DNA of 64,000 bases from Octopus sinensis. Taxonomy: Eukaryota. The notes below the pieces were generated by a model. The model made no database searches. It saw only the letters and a list, made by a program, of their open reading frames with translations, and had not been told where the DNA came from. This document shows, piece by piece, positions 42,038-56,048 of this stretch. How positions within the stretch are numbered: position 1 is the first letter of the stretch; each line of letters starts with the position of its first letter. Where the stretch lies: NCBI RefSeq assembly GCF_006345805.1, contig NC_043021.1:28210001-28274000 (forward strand), given 5' to 3'. A program made the translations under genes and the position numbers.

Positions 42038-42773
42038 ACACAGATTGACCTTGAACTCTGTTGTGCATGCGCACAGAGCTTTACTGTTCGGACTCACTTC
42101 TGTTGTTTACAGCAATGCTTGCAAGGAACGTGTGTAACATGTGATGGTTGCATTGAGCTCCACAGAGAAAGTTGAGAAGAGAACCTTCATCAAACTTTAC
42201 CAAAGTTTTGGCGATAGCTGCACAGAAGCCTACGCAAAGTTTTCTTCGTTCTCGACACACTCAAGGAGATCTTATGCTACTGAAACCCGAGTGTGTTTTT
42301 GGTTAGTTAAAAGCAGTTTTGGTACAAACTTGGCAGATACGCGTCTCAAACGCACATTTTCAATGATAGTGGACCGAAGTGAACCGTAACTAATCTGCCC
42401 ATCCTCTGATAACTCATGGATGGGGATTCGACGATTTCTCCTCACAGATGCACGCACATCTGCGATGTTTTTCTCAGTTATGCTGGTTGCGGGCCTCCGG
42501 GAGTGCTCCTCAATATCGACGTTTTTTCGGCCAGCTGGGAAACATCTGAACCACTCGCACACTTGTTCCATGTTCATACACTCCTCTCCATACATTTCCT
42601 GTAATTTTGCGTAGGCCTCTCAGCAGGTATCGTCATGACAACTTTCTCCGTCATGGTCACTGCGACGATCACATACTACGCACGTTATCTCTAAGCACTG
42701 CTGTAAACAGCGGAAGTGAACTAGAACGTTAAAACTTAGTGCACATGCGCGTCAGAGTTCAAGGTCAATCTGT
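42038..42773. mobile_element. Mariner derivative made of two inverted 5' ends
   Basis: CACAGATTGACCTTGAACTCTG at 42039 and its inverse at 42752. Minus ORF 42272-42595 is a transposase N-terminus (EWFRCF..GR, SRRP, RRVSAKFVPKLL). Plus arm reads EKRTFIK...EAYAKF. Confidence 0.8.
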
Positions 42774-42788
42774 GCCAATATTTAAACG

Positions 42789-42821
<33 letters not shown>

Positions 42822-43035
42822 TGTGTGTCTGTGTTTGTCCCATCCAACATCGCTTGACAACCGATGCTGGTGTGTCCCCGTCGCTTAACGGTTCGGCAAA
42901 AGCGACCGATAGAATAAGTACTGGGCTTACAAAGAATAAGTCCGGGGTCGAGTTGCTCGATTAAAGGTGGTGCTCCAGCATGGCCGCAGTCAAATGACTG
43001 AAACAAGTAAAAGAGAGAGAGAGAGAGTATATGTA

Positions 43036-43072
<37 letters not shown>

Positions 43073-43309
43073 GTTTAAATATTTGTTGTGCAAGATTTTT
43101 TATGTGAAGTCGTGTGTTGAAGCAGATATTGTTATATTTCGGAATGGTCATTTTGCCAGTTTAGCCAATAAAAACACACGCACTATATATTTGGTGTTAT
43201 TTTGCTTCAGTGTTATTTATTTTTTACATTAATCTTAATCTTATTTCAGCCAGAGTTCTTTCGTCACACTTCTGTGACCGCATCATATGTATATATGTAT
43301 GTATATATG

Positions 43310-43388
<79 letters not shown>

Positions 43389-44220
43389 ATATCATATATG
43401 TATATATATTATATATATATACATTTATATATACATATACACACGTGTGTATGTGGTGTGCGTATCAGCAAGTGCTGTCATTGATACGAGGCAGATTTTG
43501 ATCGGTGTCTCATTTGTTATCAGTGATGTTACTAACAAACAGATGGAATTAAGCTTATGAATGTCATACAATTACGTCCCAAATCTTGAATCTCTCCTCC
43601 TTACACCCACCAACTCCTCCACCTGTAAATCTGCAGTAATGCATCAATTTAAGCAATAAACCACCATTCCATGGCGAATTTGCTCTTGATAGATGTAATC
43701 ATCACAAATTAGCTGTAACACAGAAAAAGCTGAAGCGTTTAATCAAACGATTTAATCAAAAATGCTAATGAGTGTTTGAAAATGAAGAGAGAGCAAATAT
43801 CTGAAGACCAGCAACAGAGAGTCAATAAAAGTCATTACACATTTGATAAACATAATATTTGATATTCTGTCTCTGTATTTAAGGTGGTCTGAAAATCTCA
43901 CACACTGTAAACTGAATCTGGTCAATCGACAAATCCAGATACTCGAATGATTATGGAAGCGAAATGACCGTTAATACAAATTATTATAATGATCAATTTT
44001 ACTTGTTTCATGCAGAAACTCACAAACACAGATACACTGATACACACACACACACGCATGCGCACACAGACATACACTATAGAGAGTCAATTACAGCTCT
44101 TTCTCACATATTTGTGTAGATGCATACATGTAGGCATACATACATACTTACACACACATATGTATATATATGTATGCATGCATATGTGTATGTATATATA
44201 TATGTATATATATATATATA

Positions 44221-44543
44221 TATATAAAACTGAGAATGTGTATCTGTCTGTCTGTGTGTTTCCCTAAAACTTGAGAACTACACAACCAATTTCATTCAAA
44301 TTTTACACATGCCTTACTTAAGGTCCAGGGAGTGTCATCGGCAAAAAAATCTTTACTTTTTCCCTAGGGCGACCCCACAGCAATATCATATCTTCTCTAT
44401 TATTTCAGTATTATGTGTTAAAAGTGAAACAAAAATATCTCTCTTTTGTAATGCAGACACTTTCACTTTAATACTGAAACTATTAAGTGAAAGTATTATA
44501 TAACAGGGATGACCCATTAACAAGTGGTCATCCATTTTGCTAG
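44221..44543 (+). mobile_element. Non-autonomous Helitron
   Basis: Starts TATATAAAACTGAGAATGTG. 3' hairpin GGATGACC (44507-44514) / GGTCATCC (44526-44533), then CTAG at 44540-44543. Confidence 0.75.
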
Positions 44544-45499
44544 AAGAAGATCCGCTATGGTCTTATATGCTGCACCACTGGTTTTCAATTTATATTAATC
44601 AAATTAATATTCAATTTTCCACCCTTATTATGTGAGTGTGTGTGTGAGTGTGTGTGTGTGTGTGTGTGTATTAGCAATTCGTATAAAATTGCATCAATGA
44701 CTTGAACTTGAATAAGTGGTTTCACATAAATGGGGATACATTAAAAAGGTTTGTTGTTATTATTATTACTGTTTGACTATTGTAATCACGTTTGTTGGTT
44801 CCTCGCCAGAGAAACGTTGTTGTGTTGCATTTGTTAAATAATTGTAAACCCTAACCCTCCCCCTTTCGGAGAAGGGGCTTTGGTTATTGTTTAAAAATTA
44901 AATTGTGTCCCTGTTGGGGAAATTGACAATATTTTCACCGTCTTTACGGAGGCATTTTTGTTAAAATGCCTTCGATAGAAGAAAGTCCAAAAATGAATTT
45001 CACTGCAGCCGTACACTTCTATACAAGAGGGAAGACAAGATCCAATTGATCGAAATTGCAAGAGATGGGCCTACAATTCCAGTCTGTTATATATTTTGAG
45101 TATTGTTATCACTAGCGATATCAAGATATAACTTTGTATTTTGTATTTTATGTGTAGATGTATATATATAGATATACATGTAATATGTACACATATATAT
45201 ATACACATATATATATGCATAATATATCTACCCATACACACATACGCACACACACACACACATACATAGGGGCAGGTGTGGCTGTGTGGTAACAAACTAA
45301 GTTCCAAACACATGGCCCTGGGTTCAGTCCCACTGTGTGGTGACTTGGCATGTGTCTTCTGCTATAGCCTCAGACCAACAAAAGCCTTCTCAGTGGATTT
45401 TGTACATATATACAGGCATACATACATATATATACATGCATACATACATATTCGGCATAAACACTCTACCACTACAACTAATAACTGTTGGGAACACTT

Positions 45500-46500
45500 T
45501 CAAACCTGCCTTACATTCGAACCGGAATCTCAACGCCCGAGTTTTCCATCTGAAGTTAATCTCTCTCATGGAGCTCATACAAAAAGGGCAAGTCTTTGGG
45601 CCCATACAATGTGACATGTACACAATCGAGTGTCAAAAAAGGGGCCTTCCACATGCTCATATCCTGCTTTGGCTCTCAGCGAAGATCAATTCCAATGACA
45701 TCGACAACATAATCTCTGCAGAACTTCCTGATCCCGCTTTAGACAAAGAACTATACGAAATAGTTAAAGCAAACATGGTCCATGGTCCATGTGGGCGTGG
45801 ATTCAACATACACTCACCTTGCTTGAAGGACAGCATATGTTCAAAAAGATTTCCAACGAGGTTCCTACAAGAAACTCAGAAAGGTGCAGATGGATATCCA
45901 TCATACAGACGCAGAAAGCCAGAAGACGGAGGTTTCACAGCAACTATCGGACAGCACGATATTGATAATAGATGGATTGTTCCATACTGCCCACTCCTGT
46001 CAAAGACTTTTAATGCCCACATCAACGTTGAGTTATGCAACTCCGTTAAATCCATCAAGTACGTTTGCAAACATGTAAACAAGGGTTCTGACGCTGCAAT
46101 GTTTGGACTTCAACAAGAATACTGCCAGGATGAGGTGATGCATTATCAGGTGGGACGGTACATAAGTAGCAACGAGGCTTTCTGGCGCATCTTTGGCTTT
46201 CCAATTCACCAACGACACCCCGCCATTCAACAGCTTGCAGTGCACCTGGAAAGTGGTCAAAGAGTGTACTTCACCGATGCTAATGCTTCTCTGTTGGCAG
46301 AGGAACCAAGGGATAGCACACTCACTGTATTCTTCAAGCTTTGTCAAGTGGATCCATTCGCTAAAACCTTTCTGTATCCACAGATTCCATTGTGCTACAC
46401 TTGGAATGGAAAAAATGGGCCCCACGGAAAGCAGGTCAAAATGTTCATGGATACACTGGCATTATGTTTCACACTTGCCTTGGTCGAGTATACACAGTGC
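45500..46500 (+). mobile_element. Helitron Rep (HUH endonuclease) fragment
   Basis: ECQKRGLPHAHILLW, MVHGPCG, DGYPSYRRR, DNRWIVPY, NAHINVE, KYVCKHVNKG, GRYISSNEAFWRI; frameshifts into LGRVYTV. Confidence 0.92.
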
Positions 46501-46842
46501 CTCCCAAGTCGTAAAACACCCGCTGTTCTTGTCCTGTTATTACTATTATTGTTTTTTGTATTTATATTCGTGTGGCATCGTCCGTTTTTCTGTCCTTGTT
46601 TCGTATACATTCGATCCTTTTTCCAAGAAATCTAATGCTCGTAGCTTAGTTTTTCCTTGGGGCTGGCCGGATCGGAGCGATCTCAAGATTAATCAGCCGA
46701 AATTGCGAGGATGATCCGGTTCTTGACTGAAGAGTAGAGGCTTCGAATGACCCGTCCGTGTTTTTTGTGTCGTCTCTTTGAGTGTTTTGCGTTCTTGTCC
46801 CATTTTGTATTTTTATATATATTTTTTATGCATATATATATA

Positions 46843-46893
<51 letters not shown>

Positions 46894-48954
46894 ATATGTA
46901 TATCTACGTTTGTTCGTAAGAATATTACAATTAATTCACCTGCAACAAAAAATTTTCTTGCATTCGACGGAAACACTTTTTGCTTTGCGAAAAATGAAAG
47001 AGAAAAATTCTAGTGGTAGAATGAACTCTGAAGATTCTTGCCAATCTACAAATCTATGCACATGTCAACAAGAGATGTGTGTGTGTGCGTGTGTATGTAT
47101 GTGTGTGTGTATTTGCTTGCGTGTTTGTGTGCGAGTTACCTTGTTGTTGGTGCAATCTATCTATGAATGTGCATGTTTATAGAACTAGAAATATTTCCTC
47201 GCATTTTTCGTTTGCGGATCTCAGACTAGGCAAAGCGTTGAGATGGCAGAGTGGTTAGTAAGCCAGGTAAAATAGTCAGCGACATTTAGCCCGTCCATAG
47301 GTTCTAAGTTCAAATTCCGCCGCGGTCGACTTTGCATTTAATCTATTCAGGGTCGATAAAATAAATACCGGTAGAGCACTGAGGCCAATGTAGTAGACTT
47401 TGATGCCTCGCTCGAAATTGCTCGCCTTGTGCCAAAATTTAAAACCAATATTTCAGACTCGTTAAATGATACTCGTATGATTTCCTCATACAACAACTCT
47501 TCTAACGTTTCCATTCATTTCAAAATTAGTTCGGTATTTTGCAGCAAGTTCAGACCTCTTAATTCTATTAAACGATTCTAATTGCATTAAGAACCCGGAG
47601 CTCAGACAAGAAAATTGAATACATTCTTAGAGATAATTTTGTTTTTCTTGATTTCTCACTAAACAAATATGACTTGACTTATCAGTCTATTTACGTCTAT
47701 ATTTAAACGACTACGACAAGAAATAATAAAAATCTCTGAATATTATCTTATTCTACTAAATTCCAAATTTTAATCTATTAATTTCACTCTTTGTTTGTTT
47801 TTTCTTATGTTTCCTATTTTCTTCTCTTCATTTTGTTTCGTTATGTTCTTAGTCTCCTATGAAAACGGCAAGGTCTGTATTAACTATAATATTAAAAATT
47901 CAGAGGACCAAATGAGCTTGTAAATGAAAGATATAAAGTTATCATTAGGACACTACATTCATATTAAGAATAAAAGTAAATCCACATATGTTTAATAGGA
48001 TAAAGAAGACGCAACTACTTGAAGCAATGCCAAGGGAAGCCACGGCCTGCACCACTTGAAAATCATTATATATCTCTCATTCAGTAGGCAGCTTTTTAAG
48101 AATTAATAACATCTTATTTTCTCCACTGAGATCGAATAAAAACACACTTTATGTTGTATCGTAAACCCAGTTTATTAAATTAATTGGATCTGGAATAATC
48201 TTATTGAGTTCATCTCAATAAGAAGCGTATTTTACTATCTGAAAGACATTTCTTCACTCTCTGCTGCTAATAAATATTATACGCTGCCGAGATCGTTTTG
48301 ACGTTTTATATTGAATATCATATTGCGTATGCAAGTACGTGTGTATATGTAACTACGTACGTACGTATATGTGTATGTATGTATTATGTATATATGTGTG
48401 TATGTATGTATACATTCATACATATATAAACACAGATATTCACGTATATATATATCATGTATTCAGATATATTTTCATATAATCACAGACACACACACAC
48501 AAACATATACAAAAACACACACACATACGCACACAGACACACGTACACACACACATCGTATTTATGTTTCTATCTCAGTGATGACAATATGTGTCTAGCA
48601 TATTATTAAATTCTATTCAGCCTTACTGTAGAAATGACTAAAACCGTTGTCGGTTTTCGTGCCATCTGGGCGCTATATTCACTTCATACAGGTTAAATAG
48701 GCAACGTTAGAAATATATACATAGCGCTTTTTACTTATATAGGAAGCCCCGTTGAGAATATTCGATATGCTTTTAATGAGAAAAAAATACACGAACGGAT
48801 TTCCATATCTAGTTGAAGCCAATTCTTTTGTAACATGTAAGGAGAGTGGCATTAAGATTATGTTTTCTCGTTGAAGTTATTGCTGTTGTTAAGCGCTCAG
48901 GTTGCTTTGATTGAGCTTGCCTATAATCAAGATCAGTCTATTCATGACTTGTGA

Positions 48955-49460
48955 CGCCCTTCGGTCATGAATGACCATGGGATTACAGCTAGACAGTTAC
49001 CCTCCGAGGCACAAGTCTGGGCAAGGTTGTTTATGGAAGACCAGCAGTCGCCCACGCATACCAGCCTCCCCTCTCCACACCACCGATGTTATCCAAGAGA
49101 AAGGCAAAGGCCAATACAGCTTGGCATCATTGACGTCGCAGCTCATTTATTAACGTGCAAGTGGCTGAGCACTCCACAGACACGTGTACCCTTAACGTAG
49201 TTCTCGGGGAGATTCAGCGTGACACAGAGTGTGACACAAGGCTGGCCCCTTTGAAATACAGGTACAACAGAAACAGGAAGAAAGAGTGAAAGTTGTGGTG
49301 AAAGAGTACAGCAGGGTTCACCACCACCCCCTGCCGGAGCCTCGTGCAGCATTAGGGGTTTTCACTCAATAAACGCTCACAATACCCGGTCGGAGACTCG
49401 AAACCGCGATCCTACGACCGCGAGTCCACTGCCCTAACCACTGGGCCATTGCGCCTCCAC
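48955..49460 (-). mobile_element. Full-length SINE-C (tRNA-like head, LINE-like tail)
   Basis: Minus strand GGAGGCGCAATGGCCCAGTGGTTAGGG...GGTTTCGAGTC head. Fragments at 38250-38345 and 59330-59530. Confidence 0.85.
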
Positions 49461-51148
49461 ATTCATGACTAACCTATATTATTCAAATATTGTATATAAG
49501 ACATTATTCAATGTGAAATAATTAGTTTTTAACGACTGAACTTGAAGTAGATAAAGCTATATATGACAGCACGTAAATCCTGGGTTAACACTCCGCTTGA
49601 TAGATTTTACATCAATATCCAAAATCGATTTTACATCAATATTTCGATGCTGTTAGTTATAAACGTAACTGCTTCGAATTCAAACCTTTGAAGCGAATTA
49701 TTCCACGTTCTCTCCAATTTCTAAATTCTTATGATAGAATTTTCCAATGTATTCCTTTAAGAACTATGGCAATATTTGAAACACATTTGACTGCAATTTC
49801 TAGCCCGTTCAGTAAGAACATAGAACTCCTAGTCCTGCAACTGGCTCCATAAATGTAGTATGACCACAGGCTGTCATTCCAGTCTTCTATGAATATTTAT
49901 TCCCTAAATGAAAAATACATTATTTCCCCATCTCGTGTTTCCCTTTCACACAAAGAAATAATGACATCACTGTCAGAAAAGGAAATAATATTATTTTCAT
50001 TCATTCCTCCTCCTTGAGGAGCACTGGTATTCAGTTACCTAGCTGACAGAATAGGTAACTGGCCGGACAAAATCGCTAACAGCATTTCTTCCGATTCATT
50101 ACGTTATGAGTTCAATTAATTACATGGGCGTCTTTAAGCTCTGTAGAACTTACAAAGCACAATAAGGTGTAAATAGGATAATAATAGTGCAATGAACCAA
50201 GATGACGTGTTTCCTCAACCGTATCGAAATAGAAGCCATTTCTCTTTGCATTGAAGCGCAAGTGTTTTAAAAAGAAAGAAAACAAAAGTCATGTTTGGAA
50301 CTGCTGTTTAGTAAAGTACAAGACAAAATATCAGAATGTGCTGCGTTCAAAGGCTTCCGGGGGATCAACTCTGCCATTTAACCCTTTGGGTGTCGATTTA
50401 ATGAATATAGTTAAGGACAAGAGTCGACGTAATCGACCAGCACCCTCCCCTCAAAACATAAGAAAAGAATAAGAAGGCGGCGAGTGGGTAGAATCGTTAC
50501 AAAGATGCACAGAATGCTTAGCGACATTTCGTCTGTCTTTTATTCCAATTTCAAATGCCACCGCGGTCGACTTTGCCTTTCATCCTTTCGGGATTGGTAA
50601 ATTAGAATTAGTTAAATGTTGTTTGTGGTTGGTGTAATCAAAGTTTCCTCCCATCAAAAGTTGCCCGCCTTGTACTAAACTTAATATAGACTTTTTTTTC
50701 TTCTTATAAATTAGGTCAACCCAACCTTTAGTGGGCTAGCCTATGTTCAAAGATGACACATCCGTGACATTTTTCTGACATTCTGTCTTGTATTTTTACT
50801 TAACTACAGTTCCAAATATAACTTTTGTTTTCTTTCTTTTAAAACACTGGCGTTTCAATGTAAAGAGAAATTACTTTTATTTCGACCCGGTTGAGTAAAC
50901 GCGTTGTCTTGGTTCATTGCGCCATCATTATCCTATTTACACTTTATTGTGCTTTGTAAATTCTACAGAACTTTAAAAGACCAATGTAATTAATGTATTT
51001 ATCTTTCATCTTTTATCTTTTACTTGATTCGGTCATTGGAGAGCAGCCATTATTGGGACTGTCTTGAAGAGATTTAGTTGAGCATATCGACACCAGGATT
51101 TATTTTATAAAATCTGTTGCTTTTTATATCGAAAATTTAAAAGTAAAT

Positions 51149-52384
51149 TACGGAAGTGTGCTGAAAAGTTCCCTGGCTGAATATGAAGGAATCATACTAG
51201 AGCTGTGAAGTTATGGATTCATAAATGTCATCGTTCTTATTAATAATTGAATTGTTTCTGACATCTCAGTGTCCAAAGAAGACTTCAAATGCAGCTAGTT
51301 GCGACGTCCATTGAAAAGGGACAAACTTTAGCATCGTGGTGTTATTAAGTACTTACAGAAGAGGGGTTTAGCGCACGAGGACATCTTTGCTGACTAGATT
51401 GCTACATAAGTGGATGACGCTCTAGTTTTATCAACAGTACAAAAGTAGGCAGCTGAATTCGGGAGGGGAAAGGAGAGTCTCGAAGATGAACCCAGATCTG
51501 GACGTCTAGCAATTGCCACCACCGAGGAAATCATTGATCGTAAATCGAATAGGCGATACTAGAAGCATATCTTGTGAGAGAATTGAGAATATTCTGCACA
51601 ATGAACTTGGCATGACGAAGGTTTCTGCTCGGTGGTTGCCTCAATTTCAGACATTTGATCAAAGTGAACCAGGCTGATGATATCGCAGGAAAATTTAACA
51701 CCATTTGAGGCAGGTCCAGTTGGTTTCCATGGACGTTTCTTAAGCCAGGTTAAGTGTTGGATTCATCACTTTGAGCCAATGACAAAGATAAATCCCTGCA
51801 GTAGAAATACACCTCCTTACCTGCACCAAAGTAGGTTAAGGTAATTTCAGTTTCAGGGAAGTTGATGGCCTCAGATTTTTGTGATACAAAAGACATTGTG
51901 TTTATTGATTATCTTCAAACGGGCAACACCATCAATGGAAAATATTATGCAAACTTTCCGATGCAGTTACGAAAGGCTACTAAGACCAAACGGCCAGGAA
52001 AACCGAAGAAAGGGGTCTTGTTTCATCAGAACAATGCTCCAACATACAAGTTCTTGGTTTCATTGCTTACACTGCATGTCTGTGTCTTTGAACTCATTGA
52101 TGACCCTCCCTATTCTCTTGATTTCGCCTCACCTGGCTATCGTGTTCTCGAACACGAAAAAATCTTGGCTGGGAACCGGTAATGCCGTGATGATGACGTC
52201 ATATCTACTGTTGATGACGTTTTGAGCAACAGAACGAAAGCCTTTTCACCAATAGGATCCAAGCACTGCAGCACCGATGGAATAAGGCTGTGGACTACAT
52301 TGAAGGATGTTGAAATATAAATATATTTTTGTCAGATTCCAGGAGAGTATCATCAGCCTATGAGTTTTTCAGCCGATCCTCGTA
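51149..52384 (+). mobile_element. Second mariner-family transposon relic
   Basis: TIRs TACGGAAGTGTGCTGAAAAGTTCCCTGGCT and AGCCTATGAGTTTTTCAGCCGATCCTCGTA. Relic SLEDEPRSGR, KVSARWLP, LFHQNNAP, PPYSLDFA. Confidence 0.88.
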
Positions 52385-53120
52385 TGCATATGGATATGTA
52401 TGTAAATCCATATATATTCATATACTTATTTACATATCTGTATGTGTGAAAATGGCTGAATCTTAAACAGCGTTTTCCGTAAACGCGTTTCAAGATAGAA
52501 ATGGTTTCGTCTCATTTATCCTCGTTATTTCGTTGCAATTTCATTACGGTTTGTTTCAAGCAATTGCAGACCCCAGGTCGATGACTTTCTTGCTCTTATC
52601 ATCAGGTTTAGGGCATAAAAATGCCATTGACATTTTAAAACGGCAATGAAGTTGTGCAAAAAGAAAATCTATAAAACAGCTGGTTACGAAAATTGAATAT
52701 TGAAGAATCAGTTTAATATAGTTGAAATTTTAGCCTTATCCTGGATATCAATAAAAATACTAAATATTCATCCCATACATTTATACTAAAAATACGGTTA
52801 ATTTATTTATATATAAACTGTGGATGTCCAGGTTCATAAATTTGAAACACTAGTGCAGAAATCCCTACTTAGAAAGGCTTTGTTGATTACTACTCTACAA
52901 ACAATGTGTTAGATAATAAAACAGCAGCAAATCAACAAGGAGTAAACAGACAACTGAATAAACCAAAACTGAACACAACAGTAAGAAAGTGAATTGGATG
53001 AATGTGCGAATTCACCATCACTTATCCATAAAGAAATCAGACAGGAATTTCTATACTTGCACTAACAAATAGTCTCTGTAGAGGGGGGGGGGATATTTCG
53101 GTAGACTCAACAAGCAATAT

Positions 53121-53164
<44 letters not shown>

Positions 53165-53187
53165 AGCTGCAAAAATATCAGAAAAAT

Positions 53188-53242
53188 ATCACAAATACTG
53201 CTACTCAGAGTTTCACGTTCCCGTTCGTGGAGCAGTTGTGAT
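53188..53242 (-). ncRNA. Hammerhead-shaped fold with degenerate core
   Basis: ATCACA-ACTGC / TCCACGA / ACG-GGAA-CGT / GAAA-CTC-T-GAG-TA / GCAGT-ATT-TGTGAT. Confidence 0.4.
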
Positions 53243-53259
53243 CCATATGTATACATATG

Positions 53260-53338
<79 letters not shown>

Positions 53339-53571
53339 ATATACAAAGCGTATTGCTGATCCTCAGCTACCGGAAATTTGTTAAGTAATACTAATAAAAA
53401 GGGTTCAGCAAAGATTTGCTTCACCACACACCGAAGTTTAGAAATAGCAGCCAAAAAACGTTAGCTATTTCTTCTACTTTAAAAGGGGGTCTCCTGGAGA
53501 AACCAAAATACTTGAAGATAATACACACGAGCAGAGAATAAAGCAACGAAAATCAATCAATATCTGGTTAT

Positions 53572-53653
53572 CCATGGACGCGCGTTTCTGAATTAGGTTT
53601 TGCATAAAGAATATAAAATTATACTTTACTAACCATATTCTTCATCGGCATGG
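53572..53653 (-). ncRNA. Type-I hammerhead-like ribozyme, CCGAUGA core
   Basis: Inverse copy of 54055-54136. Confidence 0.65.
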
Positions 53654-54054
53654 CTTTCCACGATAATTCGAAGGTACTAGAATAGTTGAACAAATCTTTC
53701 CACCTAACGGTATTAGACAGATCAAATTCAATGTTAGCACCGCCGAATTCAAAATATAAATGAGGTTCGCTTAGCTTCCACCGCCCGCCCGCCCGCCTGT
53801 GTCTTCAAGTAAACTACTACAGGAAAAAAAAATCTACAGTTTGTTCTCAGGGAGAAAATTCTATTATCAATAATAACAAAGGGTAAAATTAATTAATTAA
53901 GTAGTAATTAATAATTTCACCAAGCGGTGGAAGCTAAGCGAACCTCATTCATATTTTGAATTCGGCGGTGCTAACATTGAATTTGATCTGTCTAATACCG
54001 TTAGGTGGAAAGATTTGTTCAACTATTCTAGTACCTTCGAATTATCGTGGAAAG

Positions 54055-54136
54055 CCATGCCGATGAAGAATATGGTTAGTAAAGTATAATTTTATATTCT
54101 TTATGCAAAACCTAATTCAGAAACGCGCGTCCATGG
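54055..54136 (+). ncRNA. Type-I hammerhead-like ribozyme, CCGAUGA core, long stem II
   Basis: CCATG / CCGATGA / A-GAAT...ATTC-A / GAAA-CGCGCG-TC / CATGG: 5-bp stem I, palindromic stem III, GUC site. Confidence 0.65.
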
Positions 54137-54415
54137 ATAACCAGATATTGATTGATTTTCGTTGCTTTATTCTCTGCTCGTGTGTATTATCTTCAAGTAT
54201 TTTGGTTTCTCCGGGAGACCCCCTTTTAAAGTAGAAGAAATAGCTAACGTTTTTTGGCAGCTATTTCTAAACTTCGGTGTGTGGTGAAGCAAATCTTTGC
54301 TGAACCCTTTTTATTAGTATTACTTAACCTTACCGCGAAATGGTCCTTTTTTCATACCGAATTCTACTTCGTGAAATTATTAATTACTTCTTAATTAATT
54401 AATTTTACCCTTTGT

Positions 54416-54461
<46 letters not shown>

Positions 54462-54532
54462 GTATGTATATGTATGTATGTGTATGTATGTATGTATATG
54501 TATGTATGTATGTATATGTATGTATGTATGTA

Positions 54533-54566
<34 letters not shown>

Positions 54567-55979
54567 TGTGTGTGCGTGTGTGTGTGTATGTGTGAAATAG
54601 GACATATGTATGTAGAAGTGGATAAGCATATATGAGTATATAATTTAAGATTATATGTATATTTATGAGTGTGTCTATATGATTGTGTGTACATGTGTAT
54701 ATGTGTATGGTTATATGTGCACAGTTGCACCTAAACGTTGTATTCATTCACCGTTTGACGATGATGAGAGGAACAAACACACACCCACACATATATATAT
54801 ATGTGTGTGTGCGTCTATACAAACATATATGTGTGTATATATACAACCTTCAACAAAGTAACAGTCAAATACAAAACTTAGACGGACACATACCAGTACA
54901 CGGACATACGTTCACATGCACATACACATATACACACACACACAGACGCGTCTGCCCATTCTCCTAGATACTCACATACATACGTAGCACATATGTACAT
55001 ACATACCTGCGTATGGGCATACACACGTACATACGCACGTACATGTACACACACACATACATACGCACATGCATGCGTGCGCATATACATACATACGCAC
55101 ATGCGTACGTACATACACACATACATACATACGTATATATATATATATATATATAACCTGAACTAACTAGATGTAAGGGAGAAAAGAAAAAGAAAAGATA
55201 AGTAATTATAAAACTAAAGTTTTGTGATACAGAGATAAATGTCTGATAATAGTTCTTAGAGTTTTGTCTTGGGGGTGAGGGTCGTAAATCACTTCCTAGT
55301 TTCCGCGCGGGGAGGTTGAAATTTGATATTGTTATGATGAGTGGTCAGTCTACATCTATCCATCACTACAGGTTTATAGCTTTAAGTTTATAGTGTGTGT
55401 GTGCGTGCATAAACACACATACATACATACATACATACATACATACATACATACATACATACATACATACATACATACATACATACATACACACATACAT
55501 ACACACAGGAGTACGTACGTACATACATACATGTATGCATGCATACATGCGTGCATACATACATACACACATACACACATACATACGTACATATATATAA
55601 CGAACTAACTGTTACTTTCTCAGATGCAGCACGGATTTTTGTCAGTGAAGAGGTCGCGGTCTTAAAGCGACGAAAATATTTTGACAAATTAAACTTAAAT
55701 TTTGAAGTGAATCGAACGGCGTTTGTGTGTTTCTTAAATGGCTTACAAACACCTTCCACGCTGTCTTCGTTTCAGCACACGATCTCAGATCAAATCACTT
55801 GCTATGCGAGTACATCTCCCTATATATATATATGTATATATAGTACAAAAGGATAATATTGTTAGAAATTTTATCAGTGGCCACCATATAAAAAGATAGA
55901 CATGTTAAGGTGAAATCATAAATACAAATTTAACTAAGGGGATAGAAAAATTCTTGGCTATATGCATTTTCAACAACAC

Positions 55980-55996
55980 ATTTGCTATATATATAT

Positions 55997-56048
<52 letters not shown>

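Larger units (their letters stand above)
53380..54328. repeat. 405-bp inverted repeat (53380-53784 / 53924-54328), 139-bp spacer
   Basis: Arms compared by eye; three mismatches noticed. Confidence 0.95.

Noticed and set aside
44846-44858. Telomere-like CCCTAACCCT
   Set aside because: Fewer than two full units; expected by chance.
45337-46635. 432-aa ORF as a host gene
   Set aside because: Chance read-through from a SINE and microsatellite into Helitron Rep and out into an unrelated repeat.
46727-46760. CTGAAGA...GAAT as a hammerhead
   Set aside because: Stems I and II cannot be paired and GAAA is absent.
52599-52605. Minus-strand CTGATGA followed by GAAA
   Set aside because: No stem II or stem I complementarity.
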